A stretch of DNA of 64,000 bases from an uncultured Gemmatimonadales bacterium. Lineage in GTDB: Bacteria > Gemmatimonadota > Gemmatimonadetes > Longimicrobiales > RSA9. Shown in pieces: positions 39,181 through 48,444 of this stretch. Numbering within the stretch: the first letter of the stretch is position 1; the number at the start of each line of letters is the position of its first letter. The DNA lies in NCBI GenBank assembly GCA_963741945.1, contig CAVUKA010000005.1, positions 480,001 through 544,000 on the forward strand, read 5' to 3'. Made by a program: the position numbers and the translations under genes. The notes below the pieces were generated by a model. It had not been told where the DNA came from. It saw only the letters and a list, made by a program, of their open reading frames with translations, and ran no database searches.

Positions 39181-41904
39181 ATGAAGAGGCGCCGCATCCT
39201 CGGCGCAGGGCTCGCGCTGGCCCTGCTCCTCGTGGCGGCCGCCGCTGCCATCGCGCTCCTGATCCCGGAGGACCGGATCGGCGCGATGGCGGCGCGGCGT
39301 GCCGAGTCCGTGCTCGGCCAGCCCGTGAGCGTGGGCGGCGCCCGCATCCTGTTCTTCCCGCATCCGGGCGTGAGGCTATTCGCGGTCAGGGTCGGGACGG
39401 CCGACAGCGGCGCCGCCGTTGCCGCCGTGGACCGCGTGGATCTCACGGCCCGGCTGCTCCCGCTGCTGCGCGGGCGGGTGGTGGTGGACCGCCTGGCCCT
39501 CGATCGACCCCGGCTGCTCCTGCAGGTGGACTCTGCGGGGCGGCCGAACCTGCGCCTCCTGGCGCGTGAGCCGGCCCCGGCGGGCGAAGCCGCCCCGACG
39601 GCCGGGTCTTCCCGGCGTGACATCGCATTCGTCATCCGCAGCATCGAAGTGGAGGATGGCCGGCTCGGCTTCGTCGACCACCGCGACGGGCGCGCCATCC
39701 GTCTCGACGGCTGGTCCCAGCAGCTCAGTCTGGCGGGCGAGATCCGGGGCGGAGCCCTCGCCGTGGTGGACCTCACCGGGGAGGTCAGCTTCGACGACGT
39801 CGACGTTCGGATCCCGGGTGTCCTCCTGCCCCCCCGTGGCCTCCGGCTGCGGCTCCGGCACGACGCCTCGCTCGACCTGACCGACGACCGGCTCGACCTG
39901 CGCAGCGCTTCGCTGACCGTCAACGGCGTCACGCTCGCGGGTCGGGGTGAAGTGCGCGCGGCGCGGTCGAACTCGAGCCGGAACGGGGAGCTTCATTTCC
40001 AGGCCACGGGGGTCGAGGCCGGCGAGTTGACGGCGTGGCTGCCGGAGTCCGTGCGGGAGCGGCTCGCACTTGCCGACGGCCGACCCATCGAGCTGGCGGG
40101 GACCGCTGACCTGGCGCTCGACCTCGAGGGATCGCTGACGCCCGATTCCCTCCCGGACGTTCACGCGGCCATGACGCTCGCCGGTGGACGTGCGCGGGTC
40201 GGCGGAGAGTCGCTGGCGGAGGACGTGGCCGCGGAAGCCTCCCTCTCCCGGGACTCCGTCACCGCTGCCGCCCGGGGCTCCGCGCTCGGGGAGCCGTTCA
40301 CGATCACCGCCACGATGAGTTCGCCGGCGGATCCGACGGTCACGTTCGATGTGGTGGGCGCGGCCGATCTCGGGCGGCTGCGCGGCCTCGGCCTCATCCC
40401 GGACACGGCCGCCATCTCCGGCCGCGTCGCCGCGGACATGGGCGGCGCCATTCCCGTGCACCACCGTGAGCGGACGCGGCTGCGTGGGACGGTTCGCGCC
40501 GACCGTGTCCGTATCAGCGGCATCGGGCCCATCGCCGTGGGAGTGCCCGCGGCGCTGGCGCGCTTCGAAGGCGACGCGGTGCGCGTGGACTCCCTCCCGC
40601 TGACCCTCGGACCCGACGCAACGCCGCTGCTCGTCCGGGGCGCAGTCTGGAACTTCGCGGCGGGACTCCTGGGCCCGCCCGGTACCCCGCTCCGCGCCAC
40701 CCTCTCGGTGGCGGCCGACACCCTGGACCTGGACCGCCTGCTGGGGCCGTCGGAGAGCGCGTACCCGACGCTCCTCTTCGCGCGCCTGCGCGACCGGCCC
40801 GTGGACGGGCGCAGCGCTGCGGACGCGGCCGCGGAGGCCGGAATGCGGCTGCCGCAACTGCCCCGTGCGGAAGCGGGGGTCCGGATCGTCGCCCGCAGGA
40901 TCGTCCGGAACGGGCTCCGCTACGACGACGTGGAGGCCCGCCTCTCGCTCACGCCCGAGCGGCTGCGCGTCGACAGCGCGCGCGCCCGCTTCATGGGCGG
41001 AGCGGTGAGCGGGAGCGGCGAGCTGCGACCGCTCCGGCACGACTCCGCTGGCGCGCCGATCGAAGCGCTGCTGGCGGCCGACTACGCCGTGCAGGCGGTT
41101 GGCGCCGCGCCCTTCTTCGATCGGCTGACACCATTCCGTGACCACCTCACCGGCGCACTGGACCTGACCGGCACCGTGCGCATGACCCTCGACGGGTCCG
41201 CCCTCCCTCTCCGGGAGACCGTGCAGGCGGGTGGAACCGCCGAGCTCTCCGACGGCCGCTTCGCCGGCTGGGCGGCACTGGACAGCCTGGCGGCCCGGCT
41301 CAGCCTCCCCGGCATCGATACGCTCCGGTTCCGTGACTGGGCCGGGAGCTTCGGCATCGACGGGACCATCGTCACACTGGACGAAACCGTTCTGGAGACG
41401 ACCGCGTTCGCCGCCAGGGCGGCCGGCGCTTTCGACCTGAGCGGCGCGCTGGACCTCGAAGCCACGCTGTTCCTCCCGCAGGAGACGCTGGCGCGCGCCG
41501 GCGCGCTCGGCCAGCGGGCCGGGCTCCTGGCCGATGCCAGCGGACGCGTTCCCGTGGGAGTCCGCATCACCGGTACCGCCGGAGCGCCCAGGGTCGCTCT
41601 CGACCTCTCGTCCGCCACCGGCGCGGTGACCGATCGGGCGCGGGCCGCAGCGCAGCAGGAAGCCTCCAAGCTGGTCCAGCGGGGCGCGGCCGCAGCGGCG
41701 GCTCGCCTGGGCCTCTCCGACTCCACGGCGCCCGTGGACTCGGCTGCGGCTCTGCCCCTGGATTCCGCCGGGCGATCGGCGGCGGACTCCGCCGCCGCGG
41801 CAGTCACCGACTCCCTCGGCCAGCGCGCCGACAGCCTGCGCGCTGCCGCACAGGAGGCGCTCCGGAAACGCCTGCGAAAGCTGCTGCCGGGCGGCGGCGG
41901 GTGA
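39181..41904 (+). CDS. AsmA family protein
   Basis: N-terminal TM, LLPLLRGRVVVDRL.L.RP, C-terminal G..DLSG.LDL...VPV.V.ITGT..AP.V. Confidence 0.85.
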   Translation: MKRRRILGAGLALALLLVAAAAAIALLIPEDRIGAMAARRAESVLGQPVSVGGARILFFPHPGVRLFAVRVGTADSGAAVAAVDRVDLTARLLPLLRGRVVVDRLALDRPRLLLQVDSAGRPNLRLLAREPAPAGEAAPTAGSSRRDIAFVIRSIEVEDGRLGFVDHRDGRAIRLDGWSQQLSLAGEIRGGALAVVDLTGEVSFDDVDVRIPGVLLPPRGLRLRLRHDASLDLTDDRLDLRSASLTVNGVTLAGRGEVRAARSNSSRNGELHFQATGVEAGELTAWLPESVRERLALADGRPIELAGTADLALDLEGSLTPDSLPDVHAAMTLAGGRARVGGESLAEDVAAEASLSRDSVTAAARGSALGEPFTITATMSSPADPTVTFDVVGAADLGRLRGLGLIPDTAAISGRVAADMGGAIPVHHRERTRLRGTVRADRVRISGIGPIAVGVPAALARFEGDAVRVDSLPLTLGPDATPLLVRGAVWNFAAGLLGPPGTPLRATLSVAADTLDLDRLLGPSESAYPTLLFARLRDRPVDGRSAADAAAEAGMRLPQLPRAEAGVRIVARRIVRNGLRYDDVEARLSLTPERLRVDSARARFMGGAVSGSGELRPLRHDSAGAPIEALLAADYAVQAVGAAPFFDRLTPFRDHLTGALDLTGTVRMTLDGSALPLRETVQAGGTAELSDGRFAGWAALDSLAARLSLPGIDTLRFRDWAGSFGIDGTIVTLDETVLETTAFAARAAGAFDLSGALDLEATLFLPQETLARAGALGQRAGLLADASGRVPVGVRITGTAGAPRVALDLSSATGAVTDRARAAAQQEASKLVQRGAAAAAARLGLSDSTAPVDSAAALPLDSAGRSAADSAAAAVTDSLGQRADSLRAAAQEALRKRLRKLLPGGGG

Positions 41905-42010
41905 TTCCCTGCCGCTCCCCGGCCATCGGGCGGTCTGCCGTAAGGCTTGACACCGGTGGCACCGTGGCGGCGTATTAGCCATTCCCTGGACCACGATCGG
42001 AGGCTCACAC

Positions 42011-42520
42011 ATGCGGATGTCCGCCCCGGAGCTCGGCGACAACCTGGCTCAGCTGGTGTGGGAAAGCTTCTCCGACTTCATCGAACGGCGGGGTCTCCCC
42101 GCGCCGGATGAAGGCGGCGATGCGGCAGTCCTGGTGATCCCCACCGTAGAGCCGGAAGAAGCGCTGATCTTCTTCATGTGGCTTCACACGCGTACCTGCC
42201 AGCAGGCGTTCAGCGCATCACCGGACGCGGTGCGCGAAGTGCTGGATGCGATGCACCACGCGTTGTACGAGGACATGGCCGCAGGCTCGTTCTCCCGCGT
42301 CCAGCTCCCCCTCTTCGAACAGCGGGTCAGCGCGCGCTACACCGAGTACTACGGATCGGCTTCGAACCAGACGGACGAGAAGGTCGTGGAGGTGGCCGCC
42401 CGCCACGTGCTTGTCAACGGCAAGCCCCGGCCGGGGATCACACTGGACCTGGCGGAGGCCGCGACCGTCACGGCGGGACCGTTGAGGGACTTCCTGGAGG
42501 ACATCGAGCTGATCGGCTGA
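42011..42520 (+). CDS. hypothetical protein
   Basis: GGAGG RBS and protein-like composition. Confidence 0.7.
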   Translation: MRMSAPELGDNLAQLVWESFSDFIERRGLPAPDEGGDAAVLVIPTVEPEEALIFFMWLHTRTCQQAFSASPDAVREVLDAMHHALYEDMAAGSFSRVQLPLFEQRVSARYTEYYGSASNQTDEKVVEVAARHVLVNGKPRPGITLDLAEAATVTAGPLRDFLEDIELIG

Positions 42521-42558
42521 CGGGCGGGTGCGGCCGGGGCTTCAACCCCCGCCCGACC

Positions 42559-42768
42559 TCACGGAGCGGGATCCTGCGGCGGCTCGCCGGGATCCCGCTC
42601 CTGCCATTTCACCCATTCGAACGCCGTGTGGCAGCGGTTGCACCAGTACGTGGAGACGGACAGCGCGCTGCCGAACGGAGCGTGCAGCTCGGTGTCGTCG
42701 CCCCCGCAGAACGTGCACGGAACGCGCTCGGGAAGACCATAATCGCGCGGGTCGAAGCGGGGCGGCAT
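42559..42768 (-). CDS. PaaD-like zinc-ribbon protein (stand-alone C-terminal domain)
   Basis: CTFCG...FGS...CNRCHTAFEWVK. Confidence 0.8.
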   Translation of the reverse strand: MPPRFDPRDYGLPERVPCTFCGGDDTELHAPFGSALSVSTYWCNRCHTAFEWVKWQERDPGEPPQDPAP

Positions 42769-43562
42769 CAGTCCAGCAGGAACGCGCGGTTCCGGTCGCC
42801 ACGGATGCGGGCAATGGTCTCCTCGTCCGGTGCGCCGCCGCCGATCCGGCGGCGGACGGGGTCGAAGCCCGTCAGGTCCGGCGCCGGGTCCGGATGGCTC
42901 AGCCCCACGCGGTCCAGCAGCGGCGAGACGCGATCCAGGAAGCGACGCCGCAACTCGCTCCCCGTCGCATCGGCCACGCCCGCATCCACCAGCATCGCGC
43001 CGGCGCCTTCATCGGTCCCGAACCATGCGAGGACCGGCTGGAGCATACGCTCGATGGCCGCGCTCAGCGCCGCCCTCGAGCTGTCGCTCCCGTCCGCGAG
43101 GCGCCGCAGCCACGCCCCGCCATGCGCGGAGTGGAACCGCTCCTCGTCGAGCATCTTCTCCACCCGCTGCCGGAGCGGCACGTACGACGACCCGCTCAGC
43201 GCCTCGAACTGGACACAGAGCGCGCCATCCGCCAGCACCATCAGCGCCACGACACCGGGCCATCCATCCGGCGGAGTGTCGAGCGCGGCCATCGACCGGT
43301 ACGCCGAAGCCGCGCGGCCGTGCTCCAGCGCCTCCACGTCCTCGTCGAAGTCCTTCAGCAGCGCATAGAGGAGCCGTGCGTGGCCCCACTCGTCCTGGGC
43401 CATGGAGGAGCAGGCGATCCCCGTCTCCAGCTCCGGTGCGCCCAGCATCCACTCGGCGTACCGGTAGCCGAGCAGGCGCTTGCTGTCGGCGAGCACGAGG
43501 ATGAGGTCGCCGACGGCGGCGAGGGTGGCGTCATCCAGAGCGGCGCCGGGCTGCGTGCTCAT
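42768..43562 (-). CDS. paaC: PaaC-like ferritin-fold oxygenase subunit
   Basis: LAD....G.R..EW...APELE...MAQDEWGHAR, SSYVPL, EERFH. Confidence 0.82.
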   Translation of the reverse strand: MSTQPGAALDDATLAAVGDLILVLADSKRLLGYRYAEWMLGAPELETGIACSSMAQDEWGHARLLYALLKDFDEDVEALEHGRAASAYRSMAALDTPPDGWPGVVALMVLADGALCVQFEALSGSSYVPLRQRVEKMLDEERFHSAHGGAWLRRLADGSDSSRAALSAAIERMLQPVLAWFGTDEGAGAMLVDAGVADATGSELRRRFLDRVSPLLDRVGLSHPDPAPDLTGFDPVRRRIGGGAPDEETIARIRGDRNRAFLLD

Positions 43563-43765
43563 CCGGCCTCCACGGGCTGGCCCCGGTCCGCGGTGAAGAC
43601 TTCGTGCAGGTCGTCCCGCGCGACGACGTACATGTCGAACCAGCGCTCTTCATCGTACGTGCTGAACGCGTAGACGCGCGCCAGCTCGGGCTCCGGCGCG
43701 TTCAGGTTGCCGATGTGCCGGAGCGGCTCACCCCGGGATTTCCTCGCGAAGACCTCGAAGATCAT
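43559..43765 (-). CDS. paaB: PaaB-like small subunit
   Basis: FEVFAR...HIGNLNAP..ELA..YA. Confidence 0.82.
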   Translation of the reverse strand: MIFEVFARKSRGEPLRHIGNLNAPEPELARVYAFSTYDEERWFDMYVVARDDLHEVFTADRGQPVEAG

Positions 43766-43792
43766 GGTCCCTTCCTGGCTTCGTGGCGGTTC

Positions 43793-44206
43793 CTATGCGG
43801 CCACGCCAAAGCGGCGGAGCGTGGCCCTGCCATCCTCGGTGATCATGGCGCGCGTCCACGGTGGATCCCATACCACTTCCACTTCGACCTCCCGCACCCC
43901 GCGCTGCCGCAGGAGGCGATCACGGACGTCCGCTTCCATCATCGTCATGCAGGGGCACGCCGTTGCCGTGAACGTCATCGATACGGCCACTCGCCCGTCC
44001 GCCTCGCGGATGTCGTAGATCAGCCCCATGTCCACCACGCTGATGGGCAGCTCCGGGTCGATCACCTCTTTCAGCGCCCGCCAGTGCCGCTCCGTTCCGG
44101 GACGCACGATCACGTGATCGAGCAGCGGCGCGCCCACCACCGCATTGAGCGCGGGGCCGCGCACGCCGGGGGGCGCAGCAGCGGAGCGGTTCGACTCGGG
44201 CGGCAT
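43793..44206 (-). CDS. paaD: DUF59/PaaD-like metal-sulfur cluster assembly protein
   Basis: VIDPELPISVVDMGLI, TATACP, WDPPW...ITEDGR. Confidence 0.85.
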   Translation of the reverse strand: MPPESNRSAAAPPGVRGPALNAVVGAPLLDHVIVRPGTERHWRALKEVIDPELPISVVDMGLIYDIREADGRVAVSMTFTATACPCMTMMEADVRDRLLRQRGVREVEVEVVWDPPWTRAMITEDGRATLRRFGVAA

Positions 44207-45147
44207 CACGCGGCCAGGAGCCGGTTCACGTCCAGGTGGCTGCGGCGCACGGATTCCACGTACCGCTCGTTCATCGGGCCGCGCGCTTTCCAGCGGTCGA
44301 ACACGTCGTCCCAGCTGATCTCACCGCCGCCGAAATCCCAGATTTTCGCCTCGGCGTCGTACTGGCAGGGGAACGGGTAATCCAGCACATACTGCTCCGT
44401 GCTCCCGTCGAAATGGGCGGGAACCTCGATGCCGATCGACTCGCACAGCGGAACGGTGGCGCTCATCCACGTCTGCCGCAGCTGGTCGTTGGTGAGCCCC
44501 TTGAGCCGGTAGTCGAGCTGATCGCTGTGGCGCTTGAGATCGTCCGGCAGCCCGAACCACTCCACCGTCATCGGGAACATCCAGTCCACCGCGCGCTGCA
44601 GCCGTTCCTTGGCTTCACCACCGGCCGCCGACAGCCGCCGCATCCAGACTTCGCCGTGCCGCAGGTGGAAAGTCTCCTCCATGTCCACTTTCACCAGCGC
44701 CCGCTTCAGCGGCCCGTAGCTCGTGTTGTGGAACACGTCGGAAAGCAGCGTGATCCCCGCGCGGTCGAAGAAGCCGTTCGCCGTGACCAGCTCCGCCCAG
44801 TCCTCGAGCGGCTGGTCGAAGCCGTACGGGTGCTTGAACTCGTGGGGCTCGCGACCGTAGAGCAGGTGCTCCTTGTCATGCCCCATGTCCTCGAGGATCC
44901 GATACGCGATGTTCGCGTGCGCCAGCTCGTCCTGGATGATGGCGACCGCGCTCACCATGGTGTTCGTCGATGGGGCGGCCTGCGCCGCGCCCCAGTAGGC
45001 GGGGGCGCTCATGAGCTCGGTGTCCCCCTGCACCAGCAGCTGGACACTCAGCGCCTTCCGGTATCCGGGCGTCATCTCGTCCGGAGACTCCAGGAGGTAG
45101 CCGTCCTGTACCTTCTGCTTGAGCTCTTCCTCGGTGTACCGGGTCAT
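44206..45147 (-). CDS. paaA: PaaA-like di-iron oxygenase catalytic subunit (divergent type)
   Basis: DTE, QDELAH, DRAG, SYGPL.RAL.KV..EE.FH.RHG, WFG, K..TNDQLRQ. Confidence 0.85.
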   Translation of the reverse strand: MTRYTEEELKQKVQDGYLLESPDEMTPGYRKALSVQLLVQGDTELMSAPAYWGAAQAAPSTNTMVSAVAIIQDELAHANIAYRILEDMGHDKEHLLYGREPHEFKHPYGFDQPLEDWAELVTANGFFDRAGITLLSDVFHNTSYGPLKRALVKVDMEETFHLRHGEVWMRRLSAAGGEAKERLQRAVDWMFPMTVEWFGLPDDLKRHSDQLDYRLKGLTNDQLRQTWMSATVPLCESIGIEVPAHFDGSTEQYVLDYPFPCQYDAEAKIWDFGGGEISWDDVFDRWKARGPMNERYVESVRRSHLDVNRLLAA

Positions 45148-45297
45148 GCGGGCTCCTGCGGGTAAGGTGAGGGCCATCAAAGCTAGTCGCGTCAATCGTG
45201 CTCCGCAAAACCCGGACGACCAGCCGTCCTCCACGGCCTGTTCCTTGCTCCTGCCCTCCATGACAGCGGAAGCATCGTACCCGGAACAGCGAGCATT

Positions 45298-47838
45298 GTG
45301 GCCACGGCAGACAAGCCTTCGGACGCGGGTCGGCGGAAGAAGAAGAGGGCCGGCCCATTCTCATGGACCGCCGTCGTGGTGGCAGTGTTCGTGGTGACCC
45401 TCATCACCGCGGGTGTGTTCGTGGCCGCGTACGAGACCTGCTCGTTCCGGGGCTGCCCGTCCGTGGCGGGGATCAGTGGATTCATCCCCGATCAGGCTTC
45501 GGTGGTGCTCGATCGGAACGGGAAGGAGGTCGCGCACCTGTTCAAGGTGAACCGCGTGGTCGTGGCCCTCGACTCGCTCCCCGACTACGTACCCGAGGCC
45601 TTCGTCGCAACCGAGGACCAGGACTTCTACCACCACGGCGGCGTCGACTGGTCGCGCGTCCTCGGTGCGCTCTGGCAGAACATCAGGGCCGGCGGGATCG
45701 AGGAGGGATTCAGCACCATCACCATGCAGGTGGCGCGGAACGTCTTCCCGGAGCGACTCCCGGTCCGCCAGCGGACGCTGAACCGGAAGATCTCCGAGAT
45801 CAGGGTGGCCCGCGAGATCGAGAGCCGGTTTACCAAGGACGAGATACTCGAGCTCTATCTCAACCAGATCTACTTCGGCAGCGGGGCGTGGGGGATCGAG
45901 GCGGCGTCCCAGGAGTACTTCGGCCACCCGGCGACGGAGCTCACGCTGGGCGAAGCGGCACTGCTCGCCGGACTGCCGCAGGCACCCTCCCGGCTCAGCC
46001 CGCGGGAGGACATGAAGGCCGCACTGGAGCGCCGGAAGACCGTGCTCCGCCGGATGGTGAGCAGCGGCTACATCACCCGCGAGAAAGCCAGCGAGGTGGA
46101 AGACACCGTGCCCGAGCTGGCGCGCGGCAGCATGGACTCCGAGAACCCGGCGCCGTACTTCGTCGAGCATGTCCGCAGGCTCCTGGAAGACCGCCTGGGC
46201 GATGGCCTGTACACGGAGGGATACCAGATACACACCACCCTCGACCTGGATGCGCAGTCGGTGACCCGGCGAGAGCTGACCGATCAGCTCGACGCCATCG
46301 AGAAGGGGCGCTACGGGTACTACAATCACCCCGCCTTCAACGCGGACGAGGCCGAGGGCGCACAGCCGGACACAGCCGCCTCGGCCCCGTACCTCCAGGG
46401 GGCCGCCGTGGTGATGGCCGCGCACTCGGGCGATGTCCTGGCCATGGTCGGGGGCAGGGACTTCGAAGCGTCCAAGTTCAACCGCGCCACACAGGCGATG
46501 CGGCAGCCCGGGAGCGCGTTCAAGCCGTTCGTTTACGCCGCTGCCATCCAGGCCGGCTACCCGCCGACCACGATCCTCGAGGATACGCCCTACCGCCTCG
46601 TCCAGAACGGTCGCGTCTGGGAGCCGAAGAACTACGATGGGAGCTATTCCGGCGAGGTCACCATGCGGGAAGCCCTGGTCCACTCGAAGAACGTGGCCAC
46701 CATCCGCCTCGCCCAGGAGGTGGGGCTCGACCGCGTCATCGACATGGCCCGGAACCTGGGCATCTCCGGGACCATCCCCCACTACCCGTCGATCGCCATT
46801 GGCGCGGCCGATGTCAACCTCGTCGAGATGGTGGCCGCCTACTCCACGTTCGCCACGCTCGGAGACCGGCCCACCCCCCGATACATCACGAGCGTCACGG
46901 ACCGCACTGGCCGTATCGTCCTCCAGGTCCCGCCGCGCACCCGCCACGTGCTGGCCTCGGATGTGGCTTTCGTCACCATGGACCTCATGCGCGGGGTGGT
47001 GGACCGCGGAACCGGGTACGCCGTCCGGCAGGTGGGCTTCACCCGGCCCGCCGCCGGAAAGACAGGCACCACCAACGAGTCCGCCGACGCCTGGTTCATC
47101 GGCTTCACACCCGACGTCACCACGGGCATCTGGATCGGGATGGACCGGCCGCAGCGGATCATGCACGGCGCCACCGGTGGCAGGCTGGCCGCGCCCGTCT
47201 GGGGAGGGATCATGCGCGCCGTGGACTCCCGCGGCGAAGACTGGACACCGCCGCCGGGCGTGGAGCGCTTCCTCGTCGACCCGCAAGGAGACATCTATTC
47301 CGAGAACTGCCCCGTGACCGCCAGCGTCCAGCAGGAGTATTTCCTCCGCGGCACCGTCCGCCCCCGGGACTGCAGCGGCTACGGCTATCCGTATGGCTAC
47401 GACTCCCTCTATTACGATTCGACGTACCAGCGCGAATCCGAATCATCCTGGTGGGACCGGCTCCGCCGCCGCGTCCTGGGTGGCGACGAGGAGCCGGAGC
47501 AGCCGACGCGGCCGCCGCGCCAACAACGGCCGGACACCATCATCCTCCGACAACCGCGGCAGCCCCACCGCGACACCGTCCGACTCCGACGCGACACGAT
47601 CCGGCTCGAGCCGGACACCGGCCTCGTCCGCCACGACACGGCGAGCCCCGGCCAGGACACGGTTCCACACGAGGGCCCCGGGCGTCCCGGGAGCCGCCCC
47701 GTCGAGCCGCGCCCGGACACTTCCGGCACGCCCCCCGGGCCTGCGGCCGCCGACAGCCCCTCCGGGGAACACATGTTGCACCCCTCCGCCTCCACCACGG
47801 CACGGCCGCAGGACGGCCGAACGGGCACCGGAGGGTGA
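45298..47838 (+). CDS. class A penicillin-binding protein (PBP1A family)
   Basis: EDQDFYHHGGVD, STITMQVARN, RKISE, LELYLNQIYFG, QPGSAFKP, SKN, KTGT. Confidence 0.95.
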   Translation: MATADKPSDAGRRKKKRAGPFSWTAVVVAVFVVTLITAGVFVAAYETCSFRGCPSVAGISGFIPDQASVVLDRNGKEVAHLFKVNRVVVALDSLPDYVPEAFVATEDQDFYHHGGVDWSRVLGALWQNIRAGGIEEGFSTITMQVARNVFPERLPVRQRTLNRKISEIRVAREIESRFTKDEILELYLNQIYFGSGAWGIEAASQEYFGHPATELTLGEAALLAGLPQAPSRLSPREDMKAALERRKTVLRRMVSSGYITREKASEVEDTVPELARGSMDSENPAPYFVEHVRRLLEDRLGDGLYTEGYQIHTTLDLDAQSVTRRELTDQLDAIEKGRYGYYNHPAFNADEAEGAQPDTAASAPYLQGAAVVMAAHSGDVLAMVGGRDFEASKFNRATQAMRQPGSAFKPFVYAAAIQAGYPPTTILEDTPYRLVQNGRVWEPKNYDGSYSGEVTMREALVHSKNVATIRLAQEVGLDRVIDMARNLGISGTIPHYPSIAIGAADVNLVEMVAAYSTFATLGDRPTPRYITSVTDRTGRIVLQVPPRTRHVLASDVAFVTMDLMRGVVDRGTGYAVRQVGFTRPAAGKTGTTNESADAWFIGFTPDVTTGIWIGMDRPQRIMHGATGGRLAAPVWGGIMRAVDSRGEDWTPPPGVERFLVDPQGDIYSENCPVTASVQQEYFLRGTVRPRDCSGYGYPYGYDSLYYDSTYQRESESSWWDRLRRRVLGGDEEPEQPTRPPRQQRPDTIILRQPRQPHRDTVRLRRDTIRLEPDTGLVRHDTASPGQDTVPHEGPGRPGSRPVEPRPDTSGTPPGPAAADSPSGEHMLHPSASTTARPQDGRTGTGG

Positions 47839-48444
47839 ATGCAGCATACCGACATCCGGAAGAAGCGACGGTCGTACTGGCCCTGGGTGCCCGGGGTGGT
47901 GGTGCTCGCGCTCCTGCTCTGGGGCGTCACCGGCCTGCTCAGCGACGACGGGCCCGCTGACAGCCCGACGGCCAGCGCGGACTCGGCTGCCGACTTCACC
48001 CGGCCGGCACGCATTCCCGCCCCGCCGCGCGCGCCGTTCCGCGGCCCGTCCTCGCCCAGCCTGGACCAGCTGGCGCCTCTCGATCAGAGCGCGGTCAACA
48101 AGCAGGCCCACGCCACCGGAAGGATCGTGGCCATCGACGATGATGGCGCCTGGTTGAGGACGGGGTCCCGCATCATCCGCGTAGCCCCGCCGCGGGGCCT
48201 CGGCCGCGGGGACAGCGTCACGGTGGAAGGCCGACTCCGAAGCGCGGCCGGAGAGGCGGCGGCCACTGCCATTGCAGGCGATACGGCGCTCCAGCAGGCC
48301 GTGGTGCGCCGGCTGAAGCTCGTGCCGGATTCCGCCGGGATCCGGCGAATCGGACCGGCCGCGGCCGTGAGCGCCGGGAGCGTGGCGGGTGACGAAGCCG
48401 GTCCCGCCCGGGAGCGGAACCCATCCGCCCGTCCGGGGCTATGA
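47839..48444 (+). CDS. hypothetical membrane-anchored protein (possible OB-fold)
   Basis: single N-terminal TM, GDSVTVEG, directly abuts the PBP stop. Confidence 0.6.
   Translation: MQHTDIRKKRRSYWPWVPGVVVLALLLWGVTGLLSDDGPADSPTASADSAADFTRPARIPAPPRAPFRGPSSPSLDQLAPLDQSAVNKQAHATGRIVAIDDDGAWLRTGSRIIRVAPPRGLGRGDSVTVEGRLRSAAGEAAATAIAGDTALQQAVVRRLKLVPDSAGIRRIGPAAAVSAGSVAGDEAGPARERNPSARPGL

Noticed and set aside
41947-41980. TTGACA promoter or sigma-54 sites upstream of the 42011 gene
   Set aside because: -10 spacing is suboptimal and the -12 matches are weak.
37252-45147. Phe to phenylethylamine to phenylacetate pathway linking the decarboxylase with the paa-like genes
   Set aside because: The genes are separated by unrelated opposite-strand genes, and no amine oxidase or CoA ligase is in the window.
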